Part shown: one piece after another, positions 37,952-49,216 of the stretch
How positions within the stretch are numbered: position 1 is the stretch's first letter
How the letters are laid out: the number at the start of each line of letters is the position of its first letter
Assembly: GCF_006345805.1 (NCBI RefSeq)
Contig: NC_043018.1
Coordinates: forward strand, 10,850,001 to 10,914,000
Direction: 5' to 3'
Length of the DNA: 64,000 bases
From: Octopus sinensis
Taxonomy: Eukaryota
Program-made: the position numbers and the translations under genes
The notes under the pieces: generated by a model
What the model was told of the DNA's origin: nothing
Databases searched by the model: none
Seen by the model: only the letters and a program-made list of their open reading frames with translations

Positions 37952-38410
37952 GGCGATGTTTCGCTTGTCGTAGCACACGTTTCCGTCGATTTCCGTAAAA
38001 AATGTAAACACTGAATCGGCCATACATACATACATACATACATACATACATACATACATACATACATACACACATACATACACACACACACATACATAGA
38101 TACATACACACACACATACATGCAGACATACATATACACATACACCGAGTATAAAATTTCAGTTATCTCTCTCTTTCACACATTACTCTCTCTGTCTCTT
38201 CGCACACACTAACAGAAGCACTTCACTTACACAACATACTGTCTGTCTCCCACACCCCATCAAACATACACACGGGGACTTCAAAGAGAAATTTCCTCGT
38301 CATAAAATCGCTTCCTCTTAGTCTCTTTCGCTCTCATTACTTATGTAAAAAAATAAAAGTTTTTTACGGAAATCGACGGAAACTTGTGCTACGACAAGCG
38401 AAACATCGCC
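37952..38410. mobile_element. Second Merlin-like MITE family (M2)
   Basis: 51-bp TIRs starting GGCGATGTTTCG (37952-38002 and 38360-38410, one mismatch), perfect 8-bp TSD GCGATTTC, and an internal (TACA)n tract. GG termini plus an 8-bp TSD fit Merlin/IS1595-type elements. Confidence 0.8.
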
Positions 38411-38989
38411 GCGATTTCGTTTTTCGTAAACTAGACGAATCATGCTGGAACCGTTTTAATAATTGAGAGACCCCTCTTCAACCGAAACGTCGGTTACACC
38501 CATAACAATACTTGTGTAATTACTATCTGTCTATTTATCTCTCTGTCTGTCTGTCGGTCGGTCGAATTCTCAGAGTGTCTGTTTAACTATCAACTTCCCT
38601 TTCCTACACGCACACGCGTACACACACCCGTACGCACAAACACACCTACATTTATAGTCAGGTATTCAACAGCTTACGGCACGCGCTACCGCTAACTCCA
38701 CTATCTACCTAATTTATCTAATTCTGTGTTTCACTATATACATGTGTGTGTGTGTGTGTGTATGTGTGTCTGTGTGTGTGTGTGTCTGTGTGTGTGTCTG
38801 TGTGTGTGTGTGTGTGTGCGTGTGTGTACATACATACACATATACAAATATATATCTAAATGCATTTATGTTATATATATACGGTATATATAATTATATA
38901 TATTTAATATATATTTAAATATAGACAAAATATGAATTGAAATATATATATATATATACACATATATATGCACATACATTATATATATA

Positions 38990-39052
<63 letters not shown>

Positions 39053-39674
39053 TATGCACATACATTATTTATATATATATATAATATATATATATATATA
39101 CACATATATATGCACATACATTATATATATATATAATTTATGTGCATATACATATATATATGCACACACATTATATATATATATATATATATATATGCAT
39201 GTGAATATGTATGTATACCTATTAATATGTATAATGTATGCATGTGTGTATGTATGTATACATTTATGTACGCATGTATGTATGTATGCACGCATATGGA
39301 TATACACATTTCTCGGAAGCTACTTAATGGTTCATATTTTAACACTTATCTGTTTTATCTATCTATGCATCTGCCTCTCACAATACACACACACACACAC
39401 GCACACACACAGACATATTATACAATATAGTTCTTAATGACTTAGCTATTTAATGGTTCGCGTTAACACCAATTCAAATATGGCAATATATAATCTGGAT
39501 ACAACAGTAGATATAAAGCCGTTCCTATCTACAGAATCAAAACTTTTTAACCCCACCTCCTTGCTATCCCTTATTTACCCTTTGGTCACTTGTGACGTCT
39601 GATGCACCTGACATCTCTGACTTGCATTGACCTCTTCTTATCCGGAGTTCATATGATTACGAAACTATAATTTT

Positions 39675-39760
39675 GGATCTTTTCGGTTTGAACGGCAGTT
39701 TTTAACATAATTTCTAGGTAACTAAAAATTTTAAACTCCGTATACTGGTAGAATGTGTTT
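39675..39760 (+). mobile_element. Merlin-like MITE M1, copy 6 (left 86 bp only)
   Basis: Left TIR plus the start of the body, then unrelated sequence with CAGCCATAGC repeats. Confidence 0.8.
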
Positions 39761-40487
39761 TCAGCCATAGCTTTTAGCCATAAAAAATATCAGCCATAGC
39801 TCTTTTGACGGCGTCTAACAAAAAAAAAAAAAGATAAAGAAAAGTGGAAGAAGGGCAGAGAGTTTCACGGGAAAGACAAAGTGAGAGAGAGGGAGAGAGA
39901 GAGAGAGAGTAAGTGACGACGTTCATAAAAAATAAAATGTAAAATGTTTTGTTTTTTTGTTTTTGCAAGACACTATTTTATAATCGTAGTATATATACTT
40001 TCTCACACAACAATTACAATATATTTATTTTAAATCATTTATTTATTTTAAATAGTTCATCTTTCTCCCCCTCTCTCCCTCACACACATTACTTTGGGTG
40101 CGGAAGAGTTTTGTTTTTATTTTACACCGAGTAAAAAAGTGTTTTGTTGACAATCCATTTATTTAACAACTAAGAAACAAAGAGGTGAGTAACAATTTGT
40201 CAGTGAATTACACAATATAAATGGGTACAATTTGCGAGGCTTCCACCACACCCCACCGGAGTAGTTGATTCCACGCAAAAAAAAATCGATTTTTTCTTAG
40301 TGAAAATCGTGCGAGTGTTAATCTACAAATTTAACAACATTTCTTCCATTCATTTCTGTTTATGAACATGTATGCATGCACAAAACATGCAATAGGTATA
40401 CGTACGTACATGTGTGTATGTGTGTTCATGTATGTTGCCCATATATAATTATATTATATATATAAATATAATGTATATAATATATAG

Positions 40488-40558
<71 letters not shown>

Positions 40559-40601
40559 TTGTGTGTATGTGTGTGTGTGTGTGTGTATGTGTGTGTGTGT
40601 A

Positions 40602-40884
40602 GGCGCAATGGCCCAGTGGTTAGGGCAGCGGACTCGCGGTCGTAGGATCGCGGTTTCGGGCGTTGTGTGTGTTTATTGAGCGAAAACACCTAAAAAGCTC
40701 CACGAGGCTCCGGCAGGGGGTGGTGATCCCTGCTGTACTCTTTCACCACTCTTTCTCTCACTCTTCCTTCTGTTGGCCTGCTCGCTTAGCCAGCGGGGTG
40801 GCGTCATTCGAAGGCTAAAACAATGCGAACGCATTGTGACCAGTGATGTGTAACAACATCTGATAGCCTGGTCGGTCACGGTGA
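40602..40884 (+). mobile_element. SINE family C (tRNA-like head GGCGCAATGGCCCAGTGGTTAGGGCAGCGGACTCGCGGTCG), tail type c
   Basis: The head resembles a tRNA (Arg-like by eye) with box A and a partly deleted box B; the tail ends GGTCGGTCACGGTGA in (TA)n. Confidence 0.85.
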
Positions 40885-40962
40885 TATATATATATATATA
40901 TATATAGCAATAATAAATCTCTGAACGAGATGTAAACAGTAACTGCTCGACAACGTAAAGTA

Positions 40963-41015
40963 TACTAGCCATCTCAATATGGCTAACCACTAAGGGTGGG
41001 TGTTACTGTAGCTTT
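40963..41015 (-). mobile_element. Helitron H1 internal fragment
   Basis: TAGCCATCTCAATATGGCTAACCAC...TTACTGTAGCTTTT matches about 6903-6956. Confidence 0.6.
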
Positions 41016-41579
41016 TAGCCCTAGGAGATCATCGGCTCCAGCTGGATTTAGGCACACTTTCTGTGCCCTTATGGTATTTGCAAAGGGAGGTCATCCCTCT
41101 CTCGTGAGCCTAAGTGATACGCACGGACTGCAGTTTCTAGGCATTTGCCTGTGTTCGACGTACGGCAGTCACCGGTTTACGATGAAAGGGAGACCTGTTT
41201 GCAAATACTTATTGTTTTTCTAGTAACTTTACTCTTTTACTTGTTTCAGTCATTTGACTGTGGCCGTGCTGGAGCACCGCCTTTAGTCGAGCAAATTGAA
41301 CCCAGGTCTTATTCTTTGGAAACCTAGTACTTATTCTATTGGTCTCTTTTGCCGAACCACTAAGTTACAGAGACGTAAACACACCAGCTCTGTGCCCACG
41401 GAAGTAGTTCAGCTGCCAGAATGTCGCTAACGTATCACTGAGTGTTAATTTGGCAAGACTTCCGCCCGTCCCCACCAAACCACCCATTAATAAAAAACTA
41501 TTCTTTCGACATATCCCTCCTTTTCAGCTACGGGAAATACGAATCTGCAAAACAATTGGCAAAAATCGGCATTTTTAAA

Positions 41580-43308
41580 AGGGTGAAAGGCAAAGTCGAC
41601 TTCGGCGGAATTTGAACTTAGAAGGTAAAGACGGACGAATTGCCACTAAGCATTTCGTCCGGCGTGCTAACGATTCTGCCAGCTCCTCGCCGCCTTAAAT
41701 ATTGTAGAAATATTGATCTTAATGTCGATTCGTTTAGGGAAATGGCAAGGCAGAATCATTACTCCGTCGTACAATTTGTGTTGCAATATTTATTGTGGCT
41801 CTCTTGTGGTTGAGATCAATGTGACCTTTCATCCCTCTGGGGTCGATTAAATAAAGAACGTGTCCCCTACTGTGTAGAGATAATAAAAATTTTAGTCGCG
41901 AACCCTAATTAAAAATCATTATTATAATTCGGATTTTAAGGTTGGGAGCTGGGTTTTAAGGTTGTCGCGCCGGATAAAATGCTTTGTAACATTTCTTAGA
42001 GATCTTTTCTTTCTGAGTTCAAATTCTGTCGAGACCGCTTCTACCTTTCATCTCTTTCGGGGTCGATGAAATAACTACCAGTTAACACTGGGGTCGATGT
42101 AACTGACTTTCGCCCCTCCCGCAAAATCTGAGGCTTTGTGCAGATTATCGAAAGGATCATCATTTGGATTAAGGCGAAGGCGGTGAGCTGACTGAATCGT
42201 TAGCACGCCGCGCGAAATGCTTAGCGGTCGATAAATTAAGTACCAGTTGCGTCCTGGGGTCGATCTAAAAATTCGGGACTTGTGCCAAGAGTAGAAAAGA
42301 TTATTTGGATTGAGGTGGCTGACAGAATCTTTAGCGACATTTTGTCCGTCTTTATATTCTGGGTTCAAATTCCGTTGAGGTTTGTTGACTTCGCCTTTCA
42401 ACCTTTCGGGTCGATGAAATAAGTACCAGCTTTGCACTGGGGTCGATGTAATCGATTAGCCGCCTTCCCCCACAGAATTTCGGGCCTTATGCCTACAGTA
42501 GAAAGAATTATTATAATTTGGATTGGCGGTGAACTAGCAGAATCGTGAGTGAGTCAAACAAATTGTCTAGTGACATTTCTTCCGACTCCTTACGTTCCGA
42601 GTTCAAATTCGGCCAGGGTTAACTTCGCCTATAATTCCTTCGGCATTGGTAAAATAAGTTCTAGCTGAGTAGTTTAGTCTTGTACCTAAATTAAAAGACC
42701 ATCGGCGAGATGGCAGAAACGTTAGCACTCCGAGCAAAATGCTTAGCGCCATTTCGTCCGTCTTCAGATTATGAGTTCAAATTCCGCCGAGTCCGATTTT
42801 TAGCTTTCATCCTTTCGGGGTCGATGAAATAAGTATCAGTCAAGTACCAGTCCCCTCCCTTCAAATTTCAGGCCTTGTGCCTATTGTAGAAAAGATTATT
42901 ATTCTTTCCTACTCTAGGCACAAGGCCCGAAATTTTGGGGGAGGGACCAATCGATTAGGTGGATCCTAGTACGCAACTGATATTTAATTTATCGACCCCA
43001 AAAGGATGAAAGGCAAAGTCGACATCGGTGGAATTTGAACTCAGAACGTATCGACAGACGAAATACCTATTGCTATTTCTTTACTACCCACAAGGGGCTA
43101 AACATAGAGAGGACAAACAAGGACAGACAAACGGATTAAGTCGATTACATCGACCCCAGTGCATAACTGGTACTTATTTAATCGACCCCGAAGGGATGAA
43201 AGGCAAAGTCGATCTCGGCGGAATTTGAACTCAGAACGTAGCGGCAGACGACATACGGCTACGCATTTCGCCCGGCGTGCTTAACGATTCTGCCAGCTCG
43301 CCACCTTA
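41580..43308. mobile_element. Dense cluster of about eight SINE family B copies in both orientations
   Basis: Head GGCGGCGAGCTGGCAGAA-CGTTAGCACGCCGGGCGAAATGC...GAGTTCAAATTCCGCC (box B-like GTTCAAATTC), then GTCGACTTTGCCTTTCATCCTTTCGGGGTCGAT. Confidence 0.88.
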
Positions 43309-43574
43309 TAATTTCTTGTAATTTCTTGTTGATGTCTAAACAATGAAAAAAAAAAAACCTTTCCGAGCAGAACGTGAAGTTTGACATCCCTCTCGACGAC
43401 ATCGGTATTTCTCATGTCTGTCCGCTTTCGTTTTTCTTGCATGACACTAACTTATGGATAGCAAGAGTCTACTTTTCTGTGGTGTATCCCCAAGAGATTG
43501 TTTTTCTGTAAAAATGCAATTGTTGTTTCCCTATCAAAATGATACGTCTATAGAAATCTTTTAACAGCGAATTT

Positions 43575-43970
43575 GGATCTTTTCGGTTGTTCAAACCGAA
43601 AAGATTTTAAACTTCGTATTCTGGTAGAATGTGTTTATAAAACATCTTTTTCTCTTGGCTTTATTGAGAAAATTCTATAGTTTGTAAGATATTTGTTGTT
43701 TTTTTCTTCAATTTCTGCAATTTCAACCAATCAATGACCGTCTATTGAGGTAAAAAAACACATTCTGTGCCGTATGAATATGTCCCTCGTTTAAGAAACA
43801 CATTGGGTTTATTTACATTTGTGAAGAAAAAAAGATACCCTTCCCCCCCACCCCTAACCCTAACCCTAAAACAGATTGAAATGCAATAGATTGATACTAG
43901 GGTCATAATTATGGGTGACAATTTCATATGATACCGCTAGAAAAAACTGCCGTTCAAACCGAAAAGATCC
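43575..43970 (+). mobile_element. Merlin-like MITE M1, copy 7
   Basis: 8-bp TSD GCGAATTT/GCGAATGT; the left TIR is rearranged into a short fold-back. Confidence 0.9.
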
Positions 43971-44357
43971 GCGAATGTTTCAAGTGTTACTGTGGAGAAA
44001 TATATTACAGTACAACACACACACACAGAGTAAACTATAGACACTACAGTAGACCGCACACTAAATCAGCACCTATATATATGAGAGACACAGACAGACA
44101 GACAGAGGCAGTTGACGTAACTGTCATGATATCAGAGCTCTCTGAAATCAAGGCTATGTGTTTGTGCGCGCGCCAAACTGGCTGATAACGAGCAGATAAC
44201 GCCGCAGAAATCGGTAGACTTGTGTCTCACACCAACAAACATTTATCAATAAAGCCGTAGTCTGGTTCTGCTGATTGGTGCCTAGTTTGGTCCAGACACC
44301 CATCCACTCACCCACCCACCGGTCTGGGCGGGAAACAACTGAATCGTGTTAAACGAA

Positions 44358-44406
44358 ATGAGTGGCAAAATCTCAGGAATGGTCGAGGAAGAAGTTGTCT
44401 TTGAAA
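44358..44406 (+). CDS. Weak candidate initial coding exon (MSGKISGMVEEEVVFE)
   Basis: ATG at 44358 and GAAA|GTAAAC donor at 44407, downstream of a unique CpG-containing segment with GATA, ATTGG and GGGCGGG motifs. Confidence 0.25.
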
Positions 44407-45056
44407 GTAAACCATCGCGGTGGGGGTGGGGTGGGGGCTAACATATTTAATTGAGAAGGCTGAGATGGTTTAATTAATTAATTATCTTTATGCTATCTAG
44501 AGGCGGTGAGCTAGCAGAATCATTAGAGCGCCGGGCGAAATGCTTACAGGTATTTCGTCTGCCGTTACGTTCTGAGTTCAAGTTCCGCCGAGGTCGACTT
44601 TGCATTTCATCCTTTCGGGGTCGATTAAATAAGTACCAGTTACGCACTGGGGTCGATGTAATCGACTTAATCCCCTTGTTTGTCTCCTCTATGTTTAGCC
44701 CCTTGTGGGCAATAAAGAAACAAGAATCATTAGAGCGCCCGACCAAAATACCTGGTGGTGATCTGGCTCCTATACGTTCTAAGCTCAACTTCCATCCGGA
44801 GTCAATTTTGCCGTTCATTTCACCGGGTCGGCTTTGCTTTTCATCTCTCCGGGGTCCATAAAGTACCAGCCAACTAATAGGAGCGATGTAATCGACTGGT
44901 TCCTTTCCCCTTTCCTTCAAAATTCCTGACCTTGTAACAATATCAGAAAATGTTATATCTACACCCGAAGACAGGAGTAAAAATGCCATTAATGGTATTA
45001 TTAATTCTGACCAAAAAAGGCGAGGGAGGAAACCTGGAATTTAGGTTAATTAAAGA

Positions 45057-45337
45057 ATGCAGATCAGGCCGAAAATGTCGCTAGAAGCTAGGATCACCAA
45101 GCATAGATTGGCATATTTCGGTCATATTATGCGGAGAAAATCCCTGGAGAAGGACATCATGCTCGGAATGGTCAGCGGCAAGAGAGGAAGAGGCCGACCA
45201 AGAACCCGCTGGCTTGACACCATCACGAGTGATACCGGAATGGACATAGCCAATCTGAAAGAAGCGGCCCAGGATAGAACTGACTGGAGGACACTGATCC
45301 AACGAGTAACCGAGAGTCGACTTCGACTGAGCGGAAG
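45057..45337 (+). mobile_element. RTE-type LINE 3' end fragment
   Basis: RLAYFGHIMRRKSLEKDIMLGMVSGKRGRGRPRTRWLD...AAQDRTDWR is a typical RTE/BovB-like ORF C-terminus. Confidence 0.9.
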
Positions 45338-45814
45338 CACCTATATAGATACAGTGGGGAACAAGTGTGGTGGCCAACTCCGTATATATTTCGGCCTTAT
45401 TAAATTTCATCAGGGAAGCATTAACTGTTGTTGCCATATATTTGATGAAAGGTCAAGCGGAGGTGGCAACGGGTACATCGTGTTGTCGCCATTGTTCAGT
45501 TTCCAGTCAGTCCGAATCGAGCAAGCTTATGATCAAAGGCAATCCAGATATGACCATATCGTCCTCCTTTTTGTGGCGGTAGAGGTGAAGAAATAGTGTA
45601 TCCAATATGTCCTTCCTTTGGTTAAACGATAGCGTGTGCGTTAAGAGGTTTGGCTGCTACTTTCTGATTTGTCATCGACCAGGTTGAGCCATGCCCTTTG
45701 TCACGCTACAGTTTAACAGGTGTCTTTGTCTCGAGGAATGCCTGATCTAAATGGACCCTGCTCTTGTGGATGTGGGTTGGGGCGTTAAGGAAACTAGTAC
45801 CGTTGATAAGAAAT

Positions 45815-46143
45815 CTGGAAAACTTTCGCTCCGTCGGTGGCTACGATGAGTACTCCGGTTGATCTGATCAACGGAACAGCCAGCTCGTAAAATTAATGTG
45901 CAAGTGGCTGAGCACCCCACAAATACGCAAACCCTTAACGAAGTTCTGAGGGTGATTCAGCGGGACACAGAATGTGACAAGGCTGGCCCCTTTGAAATTA
46001 CAGGTGCTATTCATCTTTTCCAGCTGAGTGGACTGGGACAACGTGAAATAAAGTGAATTGCTCAAGGGCACAAGACGTCGCCGGGAATCGAACTCACGAC
46101 TTTACGATCGTGAGCTGAATACCCTAACCACTAAGCCACGCGA
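45815..46143 (-). mobile_element. tRNA-head, CORE-like SINE with tail type b
   Basis: Head GCGTGGCTTAGTGGTTAGGG...GTTCGATTCCC, central CCTTGAGCAA...TTTATTTCACGTTG, and the same tail b as 17432-17775. A similar copy lies at about 30580-31130. Confidence 0.82.
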
Positions 46144-46255
46144 CAGGAAAATATATCGGCTGGGAAAATTCACTCTTTTAGGAGTTTTTAGCATGTTCTC
46201 TTAGACATGTGTTGCTGCTACAGAATCTGCTCCTATTTCCTTATTAAACCTTATC

Positions 46256-46439
46256 GCAAGAGTGGCTGTGTGGTAAGTAGCTTGTTTACCAACCACATGG
46301 TTCCGGGTTCAGTCCCACTGCGTGGCACCTTGGGCAAGTGTCTTCTACTATAGCCTCGGGCCGACCAAAGTCTTGTGAGTGGATTTGGTAGACGGAAACT
46401 GAAAAGAAGCCCGTCATATATATGTATATATATATATAT

Positions 46440-46498
<59 letters not shown>

Positions 46499-46700
46499 TG
46501 TGTGTGTTTGTCCCCCTAGCATTGCTTGACAACCGATGCTGGTGTGTTTATGTCCCTGTTACTTAGCGGTTCGGCAAAAGAAACCGAAAGAATAAGTACT
46601 GGGCTTACAAAGAATAAGTCCCAGGGTCGAGTTGCTCGATTAAAGGTGGTGCTCCAGCATGGCCGCAGTCAAATGACTGAAACAAGTAAAAGAGTAAAAA
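46256..46700 (+). mobile_element. SINE-A, full length
   Basis: Colinear with the other A copies. Confidence 0.92.
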
Positions 46701-47196
46701 AAGATTCTCATCGTCACCGATGGTGGTTAACCCCATTCATGCCTGGCCATCATTAGTTATTTGCGATTGCCTCATCAACCCCACTTATTTGCTAATCCGG
46801 TCTCTATAATATTGACGCGCCGAAATGACACTTTTATCTTCCAGTAGCCGGATCCGCCTCTATGAAACCGATTTAGGTCAACCGTACAGATCACGAACTT
46901 GTAGTCTTTGTAGACGATCCCCTGGCTTTCTTTATAAGGTCCACATTAACAGGCCCTACTCTAGAAATTACTTCGATGCCAGTGATGACAAGCTATAAAT
47001 GCAAACAAATTGACCCCACTGTAAATTCACTTGAGCTTCTATTCATCCCCTGCCTAAAATTTAACTCACCCTCGTGGGGTTTTGCGAATAACCGTGGAAA
47101 GTCCTGGCCTAAAAGTTACTCTTGACGTCAATGATGAGAAAGTCATAAATGCCAACTAATAAATTCTCCCTCTGTAGATACTCTAGTTTTTATTCG

Positions 47197-47446
47197 TTTG
47201 TTCCTTCTCGAGCCATGCCTGGCTCATAAGGGCCGGTTTCCCGGTTTCATTGACGTATAGGTTCCCCACCTGGACGGGACGCCGGTCCGTCGCAGGTGAG
47301 CTGCTAGATGCAGGAGGAAAGAGCGAGAGAAAGTTGTGGCGAAAGAGTCAGCAGAAGTTTGCCATTCCCTTCTGCCGGAGCAGCATGGAGCTTAAGTGTT
47401 TTGCTCATAAACACACACATTGCCCGGTCTGAGATTCGAACCCGCG
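47197..47446 (-). mobile_element. SINE-C with V-domain-like tail and 12-bp TSD
   Basis: TSD AGTTTTTATTCG (47185-47196 and 47447-47458). Minus-strand CTGCGACGGACCGGCGTCCCGTCCAGG resembles the V-SINE domain as I recall it. Confidence 0.8.
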
Positions 47447-47680
47447 AGTTTTTATTCGACCCCCTACTAAAAATTTTACCCACGCTACAAGAGATTATAC
47501 GAAACCCTTTTGAGAAATCTTGACCTAGAAAGTTACTCTGGACGTCGGTGATAAGTTATAAATGCAAGCTAGGAACTTGACCCCTTTCATAAACCCTTGA
47601 GTATTTATTCACCCATGTAAACCCCTTTGAGCTTTTATTCACCCTCGTCATAAATTTTACTCACTCATAAGGTACTATAC

Positions 47681-47957
47681 CACTGATTCTCAGCCATTTT
47701 TTTTTTTTATTTAAGAACTCCTTTATTTACTATCTTATACTGGTGGGCCCCACAATCATTTGATATTTTACAAATTTTAGAGAAGAAATCTTGCTGTTTC
47801 ATGCAATAAAGACATCTAAAGCATAAATTTTTCATGGATGCTTGATATACTACTGTGGGTCTCCACTGTATTATTCTGCTTTCGTGGAGCCCCCAAAATC
47901 TTATATGGACCCCTAGGGTCCATATAAGATTATATAGACTCCGGTTGAGAATCACTG
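47681..47957. mobile_element. hAT (Charlie-type) MITE
   Basis: CACTGATTCTCAGCC...GGTTGAGAATCACTG resembles CAGTG-TTCTCAACC hAT ends; internal palindrome TCTTATATGGACCC-CTA-GGGTCCATATAAGA; TSD degenerate. Confidence 0.65.
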
Positions 47958-49216
47958 GTCTTATACGAACAACTTTAAGAAACCCTTTCCTAGAAGTTAC
48001 CCTGGGCGTCAGCAATGACAAATTATACAGTCAGACTCGTTCAGGGTACTTTTAGGTCAAGCAGTATGGATTTTTCCAGAAATCTTTGCCTGACAGTGTC
48101 CCCCCGAAAACTGAAAACCAGTTGTTTATAACAGGTTACAATAAGCAATATAATTCGAAAACACGTTAAGACAGACGTTTGTTTGAAAAATTATTTTATT
48201 TTAACACAGATTCGTAATATTTCCCACGACCAACTCGCTGTGAACTTATGTGGAACAGTTACTATGTCATGTGGGTAGGATTAACTTGTTTACTGAGTCC
48301 ATCGTAAACATTGTTTCGTCGTCACTTTTAACAAGGAATGTCGGCAACAGTGTGGTTGTTGTTGTTCTTGTTGTTCTTGTTGCCGTGCAGCTCCCAGGCG
48401 GATCTATTGTTGTGGTTGTTGTTGCGTATGTGCCTAGCAGATCTATAGTTGTTCTTGTTCACTCACCAGTCGGCCTAGATTGAGCAAACTTATGTATGAT
48501 AAAAGGCATTCCAGCCGTGACCATCCCGTTTTTATTTTCTTTAAGCGATGGTACTCAAACCGACAAATACCGGCCCCTGTGTCCACTGTACCTCTCTCAC
48601 CTCCCACCGCCACAAAGGAAAATAGGGAAAATTTTTTGATCCCTTTTCCCCGCCCCTTTATTAATGAGAAAAACAAAATAATGGAGTTTGCAGCTATACA
48701 ACTCTTCTTACTCAAATTTCACATTTTAAAAACTATTTTAATTTAATTAAACATGACAATTTATGTGCCTCGTCCCCCCGCCACTGCCCCCCCACACATA
48801 TTTTTCAGTCTTTGCAATCACTCCACCCCATAAGAGAACAAAAAAAAAACCCTTTTTAATGCCTCTCCCTTTTTAAGACGGTATCGTGTGATTAGAGAGA
48901 GATTTAGCTGCCAATTCTAACAGGTCAAATGACTGTATAGTATTCTGATTCTGAGTTGTTAATACTTAGAACTAGTGGACACAGTAGTAAGAACAGATGG
49001 GTATAGTAATTAGTAAAAGTTAGAAATGGTAACTATGGTAGTTAGTAAAAGTTTGTACGATTGGAAAGCCTTTTTCGAGAAGGGGAGCCACGTGAGACTT
49101 GATTTATCTTCAGGATCGCACTACTAAAGAATTAAAGTAATTTTGCATTGGTGTGCCTTTCAGAAAGTCCCAAGGGACGCAGAAATAGCACTTGCTAGTT
49201 ATGTTTAGTAATAACA

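Larger units (their letters stand above)
46950..48040 (+). repeat. Old tandem repeat (about 150-bp unit), four diverged units interrupted by a SINE and a hAT MITE
   Basis: CTA(G)AA(A)GTTAC-CT-GACGTC-(A/G)TGA...TATAAATGC core at about 46961, 47109, 47526 and 47991. Confidence 0.65.
45460..48945 (-). mobile_element. Old SINE-like family E fragments (about 45460-45720; 48440-48530 plus 48860-48945)
   Basis: The two loci share TAGCAGCCAAA/TGGCAGCTAAA and GGTCA..CTGGA.TGCCTTT.ATCATA blocks and end in a decayed (CAA)n tail. Confidence 0.55.

Noticed and set aside
40602-40670. tRNA-like sequences (also at 30029, 27600, 45815-46143, 37312)
   Set aside because: These are SINE heads: no complete cloverleaf or acceptor stem, and each continues into a SINE body.
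45416-45596. C-terminal half of ORF 45057-45596 as a host exon or an extension of the RTE protein
   Set aside because: RTE similarity ends near 45337; the remainder is largely antisense of an old family E repeat.
48290-48460. Thr-rich, mucin-like minus-strand reading (TTTTTIDPPGSCTATRTT...)
   Set aside because: It lies immediately 3' of an old SINE-like tail and looks like its decayed (CAA)n tail; a stop precedes it and there is no acceptor.
1056-49120. Other CTGANGA matches (1056, 13212, 29521, 34709, 49107 minus)
   Set aside because: No paired stem II followed by GAAA and no closable stems I and III.
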